From assembly GCA_951406725.2 (NCBI GenBank), contig OX597816.1:116436001-116500000 (forward strand): DNA of 64,000 nt, read 5' to 3'. The position numbers and the translations under genes are program-made. Position 1 is the first letter of the stretch, and each line of letters opens with the position of its first letter. Shown one piece after another: positions 56,414 to 64,000 of this stretch. The stretch comes from Octopus vulgaris. Its lineage: Eukaryota. A model generated the notes under the pieces. That model was not told where the DNA came from. It saw nothing but the letters and a program-made list of their open reading frames with translations, and made no database searches.

Positions 56414-56745
56414 TTGTGCGTGTGTAACTGTGATGTATCGCTTCATGTTTTATGTGTATGCAAGTATGAGATTTGAAGGACTTTTGTTTGTATTGTTTCA
56501 ATTATTTTTTTTCGCTTGTGTGTGTGCGCGAGGTAGAAAGAGAGAGAATGTATGTATGTATGTATGTATGTATGTATGTATGTATGTATGTATGTATACG
56601 TGAGTATTTGGCTGTGTGCGTACGTTCTTTAACGTGTCATATGTTATTGTTACAGTACTTTTATTTTATACTTTTCTTTGTTTTTGCTTCTGTTGTTGAT
56701 TTTAATTTCTTTTTTCTTTGTTTCTTCTGTGTGTTTAATGTAAAG

Positions 56746-57168
56746 TTTAAGTGTCAGAAACATGACTTGGAATTCCAAAAACATTCAATAAAGTTTATCA
56801 AGTTATAAAACTCCAGAGAAGTTGATTATTTGTAACGTCCATACCGTATGTAGTGATCTTAGAGCGAACGAGAAGAGAGAGAGAGAGAAGGGAAGAGAAA
56901 AAGAGCGGTCTACGCACAGAAGTAAATAAGACAGAAACCCAAAATTGGTGTTGTTCTTGCTGTTTAGCTCTAAGTCAACCTTAATCTAATGGACACATAA
57001 TCGAAGACAATCCACCTTGGCCATGTCATCTTGTTTTCAGATACATTGTATCCAGGACCACAAAATTTCAATCTTACTTCTCCAAGACAGATTCAAAGGA
57101 AAATAGCCCTGTTATCTATAGCAGGGCGATCGATCACGTTATAAGCAAGTGCTTGTTAACACCCTTTT
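56746..57168. repeat. Left arm of ~420-bp inverted duplication
   Basis: Colinear reverse complement of 57832-58353. Confidence 0.92.
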
Positions 57169-57314
57169 TGTCGGTTTTTTTTTTTTGGTTTTTTGCTTGA
57201 TTTTCTTTCTATTGTATGCATTTTTAATTCTGCCACCATCATACATGGTCCAATTAGCTTCATCGTTGTTGTAACATATAGCTCTATCGATAATCATGTT
57301 TATTATTGATTTCA

Positions 57315-57522
57315 ATTTTCGGCACAGAGCCACACCAGTTTTGGGGGAGAGGATAAGTCGAATACATCGACCCCAGTGTTCAACTGGTACTTATTTTACC
57401 GACCCCGAAATGATGAAAAGGTAAAGTCAACCTCGGCGGAATTTGAACTCAGAACGCAGAGACAGACAAATGTCGCTAAGTATTTTGCCCGACATGCTAA
57501 CGATTCTGCCAGCTCACCGCCT
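57315..57522 (-). mobile_element. Family B SINE in the spacer of the inverted duplication
   Basis: CCTCGGCGGAATTTGAACTCAGAACG...TCTGCCAGCTCACCGCC. Confidence 0.88.
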
Positions 57523-57831
57523 TAATCATGCCCTGTCATTTACACTCAGACATGGGAGATCTGAATGGGTTTAGTATAGATGCATAATGTTTAAAAGAAA
57601 TTAGGTAAGAACTTGCTTTTGTCCTCAGTTGTCAAGTTCCTTCTTGCTTCGTTATCTTTATTTCCGTCAGAAGAACAATGAGCGAGTTTGAATGGAGAGG
57701 AAAGGTAACTCTTACACATCAAAGCAATTGATGTCTAATTTGAATATCTGGGATCGAATGGGGAGGGCCTTTCAGGAGTTGGAAAATATGAAGCAGGGAA
57801 AGTAACTCCAGAGCATTGTATGTCTAAGGAG

Positions 57832-58131
57832 AAAAGGATGTTAACAAGCAGTTGCTTATAACATGATCGATCGCCCTGCTAAAGATAACGAGGAGATTTT
57901 CTTTTGAATTATATACTCTACTACCTTGGAAAACTAAGACTGAAATATTGTGGTCTTGGATTCAATGCATCCGAATACAAGATGACATGGCCAAGGTGGA
58001 TTGCCTTCGATCATGTATCCACTGGATTAAGGTTGACTTAGAGCTAAACAGAAAAAACACCAATTTTGAGCTCCTCTGTCTTATTTACTGCTCTACGTAC
58101 CATTCTAGACTGCTCTTTCGCCCTTCCCTCA

Positions 58132-58225
<94 letters not shown>

Positions 58226-58353
58226 GCCCGCTCGTTCTTAGATCACTACATACGGTATGGACGTTAAAAATAATCAACTTCTCTGAAGTTTTATAGCTTG
58301 ATAAACTTTATTGAATGTTTTGGGAATTCCAAGTCATGTTTCTAACACTTAAA
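57832..58353. repeat. Right arm of the inverted duplication, with expanded (CT)n
   Basis: Reverse complement of 56746-57168. Confidence 0.92.
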
Positions 58354-58587
58354 GTTAGTGTAGTTGTTGTTGTTGGTTAGTCCCAGGTTAACCCCCAAGC
58401 AAGAATCTATGGTCAAAGAGATTCCATTCCATAATTTTTCAAAATTTCATCCTTAAACACTCCATCCTTCACCTAAATGCAAGGAGATGAGGACCGTGTT
58501 ATCCAACGTATTTTCCTTCTAAGACAGTGGAATGAGATTTGAGGAAGATTTAGCTACTATTTCTAACAGATCGAGCAACCATACAAA

Positions 58588-59354
58588 GGCGGCGGCGGAC
58601 AGCGTTTTCGTGTCATGACCGCCTCTGGACCGGACGGGACCCCTGGACGATGGGATCCCGGGGTCGCAATATGCGTTCGTGGTGTCGATGTTCACTGAGT
58701 CCTGCAATTCGCATCAGTTCACGCGGATAGCCTCGCTCTTCATCGACGGACGAGCCAAGTGATCCCCCGTCCAGGGTTTCAGTATTTGTTGCTGCTACTA
58801 CTATTACTACTACTACAAACAATCACGTACGGAATAGGACGTGGTACGTTCTCCGCGAAGGAAGGAAAAAAAGAAACGAAACGGAAATCGAGCGGCGGCA
58901 GCAGCAGAACAGGGCGCGACTGCTGACGCAGGAGAGGAAGGAAGGAAGAGTGAGAGAAAATAAAACGGTCGTGGAGCGGCAAAGCGCGCGGCGCCGTCGG
59001 CCGGGCGCGCTGGTTGTCGGGCGGGCGCTGGCTGGATGAGACGTGCGCAGTCGACAGCGAGCGTGGCTTCGGAGCGGGTGGCCGCGCTGCTGCTGCAGTG
59101 TTAGAGGGCCGACCAAGATGAAGGCGAGGGAGCCCGGCCGCGGCTTACGAATGGGGCGGATCGCATTTTATCGTGTTCGGCACCACTGCGTTCGTCACCA
59201 CCGAATAAATATGATTTGGTTGCATGCACCATGCTTTCGTTCTTTTAGGTGCTTATGCAGGCGTGAATGGACTTAGACACACTATCGGCCCTCCTATCAA
59301 ATACCGAGCAGATTGATGGGCGGAGGAAGAAGTGTTCTGGCTTCGGCGGCTACA
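58588..59354. other. GC/CpG-rich island; possibly an LTR-like element or promoter
   Basis: Abrupt CpG-rich composition, GGGCGG boxes, and TGT (58611)...ACA (59354) ends. No TSD seen. Confidence 0.5.
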
Positions 59355-60317
59355 GCAATGTGAAATGATATGACTTACCCAATGTTCCGCCCGATCCAGA
59401 AACTGAACCCACTACCTACTATTAGCATCGTCAGCATCGCCATTTTTATATAGGTACATTTTAAATTACTATCATTGAAGCACTGGCTTTTCTACATATG
59501 GCACCACACCTAACACAGATGCGCGCAAATAGACGTAGAGTCACACAGACATTCTCGAAAGCACACACATGCACACAAATTCACACACTTACACGCATAC
59601 ATCATACCGACTCTCACACGCATAATCCACTCGCAAGCGCCCACATATACACACATATTTAGATTCTTCCAAGCGCACTTGGATACACAGAAAGGCAAAC
59701 AAACTTTCAGCAACCGTATATATTCAAACTCATACACACTCACATCCACGAACATACATACGCGCATATACACAAAGGCACATAAACACACACACACACA
59801 CACGTACTGATTGTTGGCATAATGCTGGCTAGTTCTTATTACATAACAGGTGTGGTAATATATTCTGTAGTCGGTCATGTGTAATTGTCGCAGCAGTTTT
59901 ACAGCTGGCCATCTTTTCTAGCACCAATTACAGCTATTTAAAAACAAAAACAGGCTTATCTTCTTGTATTCGTCTGTCAGCCACCCCTATAATTGACATG
60001 CCCATTATTGTCATTCTATTTCTTCAGTTTCTCAAGAAACTGACAGCCCTGAAAGAATTTATCAGGAGATCTTGAAACAGAAAAGATAATTTGAATTACT
60101 TGAAAATGCAGCAGAACAACAGATGTTTTTACAATTTTTTGGACTGAATTGGGCAACAATTTCTTGGCTTCTTAGCTGTAAGCCTTACCAAACTGCCAGT
60201 CTGTTACACTGTTAGTTACCAAACTATTTACATCAAATCGACATTCTTTAACTGTTTTCTCACATTCTTTATAAAACATTTCTAGTTCAAGCCAACAAGG
60301 AGGCTTCTTTGTGATTC

Positions 60318-60815
60318 TTTTATTTTATTTGTTTCTGCCATTGGATTGCGGCCAAACTGGGGCGCTACCTCGAAGGGTTTCAAATCGCACCCAACCTACT
60401 TCCTTTAAGTCAAGTACTTATTCTAAGGTCATTATTCTGCCGAAACGCTGAGTTGTGGGGTCATAAACAGATCAATGCTTATTGACCAGCAGTGAGACAA
60501 ACACAACATAAATATTGACGCACAAACACGCACACACTCACATATAGATACATACATAGGTATACACACATACATACATACCCTCAAACACACACACAAA
60601 CATACTCCCACACGCACACACACAATCACACACACACACAGATATATACATTCATACATACATGAGACGAGCTTCCACGCAGTTTCTGTCTCCCAACTTC
60701 ATTGACAATGCAATTGTCGACCCGGAACTATAATAAAAGTCTTGTCCAAAACGGTTCACAGTAGGACTAAATCCGAAACTACGTGTTCATGAAGTGAGCT
60801 CTTAACCACACAGCC
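60318..60815 (-). mobile_element. Very old family A SINE
   Basis: Degenerate tail (AAGTACTTATT, CTGCCGAAACGCTGAGTT) and head (CTTAACCACACAGCC). Confidence 0.6.
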
Positions 60816-61172
60816 TTGTTTGTGTTCATTTACACAACTTTAACCATTCATGTAACATTAGAACATATGTTTATCAAAAGAACTTACTAGAAGCGTTAGG
60901 CGGTTGAGGTTTAGTTCCAGATCAGCCCTGATCAAGAAAGCCTATCTCTATATTAGTCTTGACCATTCATATTTTTTCCAATCATTTTGTGCCTCTAACC
61001 GCATTATACAAAGTATATTTTCTTTTCAAATTGGTATGATCGTAGGAAAATTTGGCTACAACTTTTAGCAGGTCGAGCAACTATATAGGAGCTCCTTTAT
61101 TGGCTCACCTATAAATGCCATACAGCTATACGAGGGAAATTTCCTCATGCCATTATTTTAAGTTGTCACAAC

Positions 61173-61280
61173 GCGGCGAGCTGACAGAATCGTTAGCGCA
61201 CCGGACAAAATGCTCAGCAGCATTCCGTCCATCTTTACGTTCTGAGTTCATATTCCGCCGCCATCGAATTTGCCTTTCGA
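61173..61280 (+). mobile_element. Family B SINE head
   Basis: GGCGAGCTGACAGAATCGTTAGC...TTCTGAGTTCATATTCCGCCG. Confidence 0.75.
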
Positions 61281-61291
61281 TGTCGATATAT

Positions 61292-61498
61292 TCTCTTTTT
61301 ACTTGTTTCAGTCATTTGACTGTGGCCATGCTGGAGCACCGCCTTTAGTCGCGCAAATCGACCCCAGGACTTATTCTTTGTAAGCCTAGTACTTATTCTA
61401 TCGGTCTCTTTTGCCGAACCGCTAAGTTACGGGGATGTAAGCACACCAGCATCGGTTGTCAAGCGGTGTTGGACGAACAAACACAGACACACAAACAT

Positions 61499-61579
<81 letters not shown>

Positions 61580-61737
61580 CATTATACGACGGGCTACTTT
61601 CAGTTTCTGTCTACCAAATCCACTCACAAGGCTTTGGTCGGCCCGAGGCTATAGTAGAAGACACTTGCCAAGGTGCCACGCAGTCAGACAAAACTCGGAA
61701 CCATGTGGTTGGTAAGCAAGCTACTTACCACATAACC
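61292..61737 (-). mobile_element. Family A SINE
   Basis: High identity to 47884-48295 in reverse complement. Confidence 0.92.
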
Positions 61738-62442
61738 TATAAGTATATATATTAAGTATCAGTCGAGCACTGTTGTCGATGTAAATGACCAGTCACGCTT
61801 CCTAATTACAGGCCTCATGCCTATAGTAGAAAACATTGTTCTTACTCGACTAGGTTTTTGTATATTTCAGTGATATAGACACTACCAGATCTGGTAAGAA
61901 TTATGCTCAACACGCATTTTAAGGCCGCTTCCCTTGCATAAGTGAAAGTCTTGCAGGACTAATGACTGTTCTAAACATACCCATATATATTATTCAACAC
62001 ACACATACACGCACGCACACACGCATACACAAATATATATAGTATTGAATGCCAAGGCAACAGGAATTATGTAAACACTTTCATTAGCTTACAGCTGTTT
62101 CTGCAATAAGAAGCAGTGCATTCAGAGCTGAGTGTTTGCGCTATAAAATGTCAAACATACAAAAAACCATTATTCTCAGGGTTTGTACATATTAAAATAA
62201 TGCTAATTTATTGTCTTTCCAATATTTCTCCTAACAAGAAAATTATAAAGGATCCTGAAAATTGAAAAAGCGTATGTATATATATATATATATATATTCT
62301 GTGTATACTATTGTGTGTTTGCACAAGTGTATGTGTAGTTAACTGCATATTTGTGTATGCATATCCACACCAGACTTCAACTCTTTGTTCGTTTCTGATT
62401 ATGAATGTATGTTTGTATGTGTGTATGTATGTGGGTATATGA

Positions 62443-62482
<40 letters not shown>

Positions 62483-62500
62483 GTAGTAGTAGTAGTAGTT

Positions 62501-62561
<61 letters not shown>

Positions 62562-62734
62562 ATGAAGAGGAGGAGGATTTGTAGAATACTTGGTAACAAA
62601 GGCAAACATCTGGTCTGACTTAGAGGCATGTTGAAGTCATTTGGTTGGATGTAGACTTACTCTAACCCAACCCCACCAAAAGATACTAGATAATCTATGT
62701 CTGGAATTAACTATTGAAAAGCCGAAAACTCCTG

Positions 62735-62767
<33 letters not shown>

Positions 62768-62798
62768 GAGTGAGAGAGCAGTTCATGCCAAAATAATA

Positions 62799-62839
<41 letters not shown>

Positions 62840-62841
<2 letters not shown>

Positions 62842-63052
62842 GATGGCATTTGGTCTATCTTTAAATTCTGAGTTCAAATTCCGCCGAAATTGAATTTCTT
62901 TTCATGCTTCCGGGGTCGTTGAAATAGGTACCAGAAAGGAACTGGGATCGATATAATTCACTAGGCCTTCCCCCAAAATATCAGGCCTTGAGCCTTTAGT
63001 AGAAAGGATTATTATTATTATTTCATCATCATCATCATCATCATCATCATCG

Positions 63053-63084
<32 letters not shown>

Positions 63085-63106
63085 GTCATCATCATCATCA
63101 TCATCA

Positions 63107-63143
<37 letters not shown>

Positions 63144-63320
63144 CATCATCATCATCATCATTGGTGAGCTGGCAGAATCGTTATAGGTTCTGAAGAAATA
63201 TTTTACATTATTTCTTTTGGTTCAAATTACACCAAAGTCAACTTTACCTTTCATTCTTTCTGGGTCGATGTAATAGACTGGGCCTCTCCCTTATAAAATT
63301 TACTGGCCTTTTGCTAAAAC
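62840..63320 (+). mobile_element. Two diverged family B SINEs separated by (ATC)n/(ATT)n
   Basis: TTCTGAGTTCAAATTCCGCCG at ~62867 and GGTGAGCTGGCAGAATCGTTA at ~63163. Confidence 0.65.
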
Positions 63321-63364
63321 TAGAACGCGTTAACGATCTTATTATCATTATTATTATTATTATT

Positions 63365-63420
<56 letters not shown>

Positions 63421-63428
63421 TATTATTA

Positions 63429-63965
63429 TTGAGTGAGAGAGCAGTGCATGCCATCAAAGTGGCACTGGGGTAAATTACACGAAGCCAAGCATACCTGTCT
63501 GATAAGGGTACATCAGGCAGATGCATCAGAACCATATGTGCGCGACATGGTAATCTCACATCAAGATAAACAATGCATAACCTTGCAGGTGGGGCTCAGT
63601 TAGAATTTTATTCAGGTCAAGTAGCCCATCCCGCTCAAAAGGTCCCTGAATAAGGGTTGTTTAAGGATGTTGAACGAAACACGCATATTTCCAAAGATAA
63701 ATTATCCAAACCCCAAAGAATTCCTCTCAACTCATAGGTATGATGCTTCCCCACTAGTTCTCCTCGTGATCAGAAATGCACATATCATCAGCCACTAAGG
63801 GACATGCTCAAATGGTTAAGGTCAAACGACTGACAAGCAAATCTGTGGTATTGAGCAGAATATTTGCTGTGATCCATCTTTTTCACCAAGACAAAACGAT
63901 GTACATGGTAACACTTACAATCAGTTAAGATCAGAAGCTATGCGCCCACTGCATGGTACTGCATC
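63429..63965 (-). mobile_element. Non-coding repeat whose end abuts (TAA)n; short copy at 62767-62790
   Basis: TGAGTGAGAGAGCAGT.CATGCCA occurs twice, both times directly after (ATT)n. Confidence 0.5.
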
Positions 63966-63968
63966 TAT

Positions 63969-64000
<32 letters not shown>

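Noticed and set aside
58519-59276. Short ORFs in the GC-rich island
   Set aside because: Expected from high GC content; no recognisable protein motifs.

Overview
AT-rich, microsatellite-saturated animal genomic DNA (intergenic or intronic). The SINE families resemble those of octopod cephalopods, which is an inference from recognition, not a search. I found no host protein-coding exon, rRNA, intact tRNA or CRISPR array, and almost all ORFs in the track are microsatellite artefacts. The window is a mosaic of mobile-element remains: several tRNA-derived SINE families, a decayed full-length mariner, Tc1/mariner and hAT MITEs, two non-autonomous Helitrons, and LINE fragments (L1/Tx1, two RTE, two R4/Dong-like). 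The less ordinary signals are: (1) about ten dispersed type I hammerhead-ribozyme motifs from several Penelope/retrozyme-like families, including one with a fully intact core at 14711-14761 (-) and one downstream of a tRNA-like Pol III head; (2) a Tx1-like LINE whose copies sit in (GATA)n and whose 3' end is shared with a SINE family; (3) many fold-back structures, including a 300-bp near-perfect palindrome at 14177-14476; (4) an RTE ORF ending in three C2H2 fingers; (5) an isolated CpG-rich ~750-bp island. All alignments and folds were done by eye.
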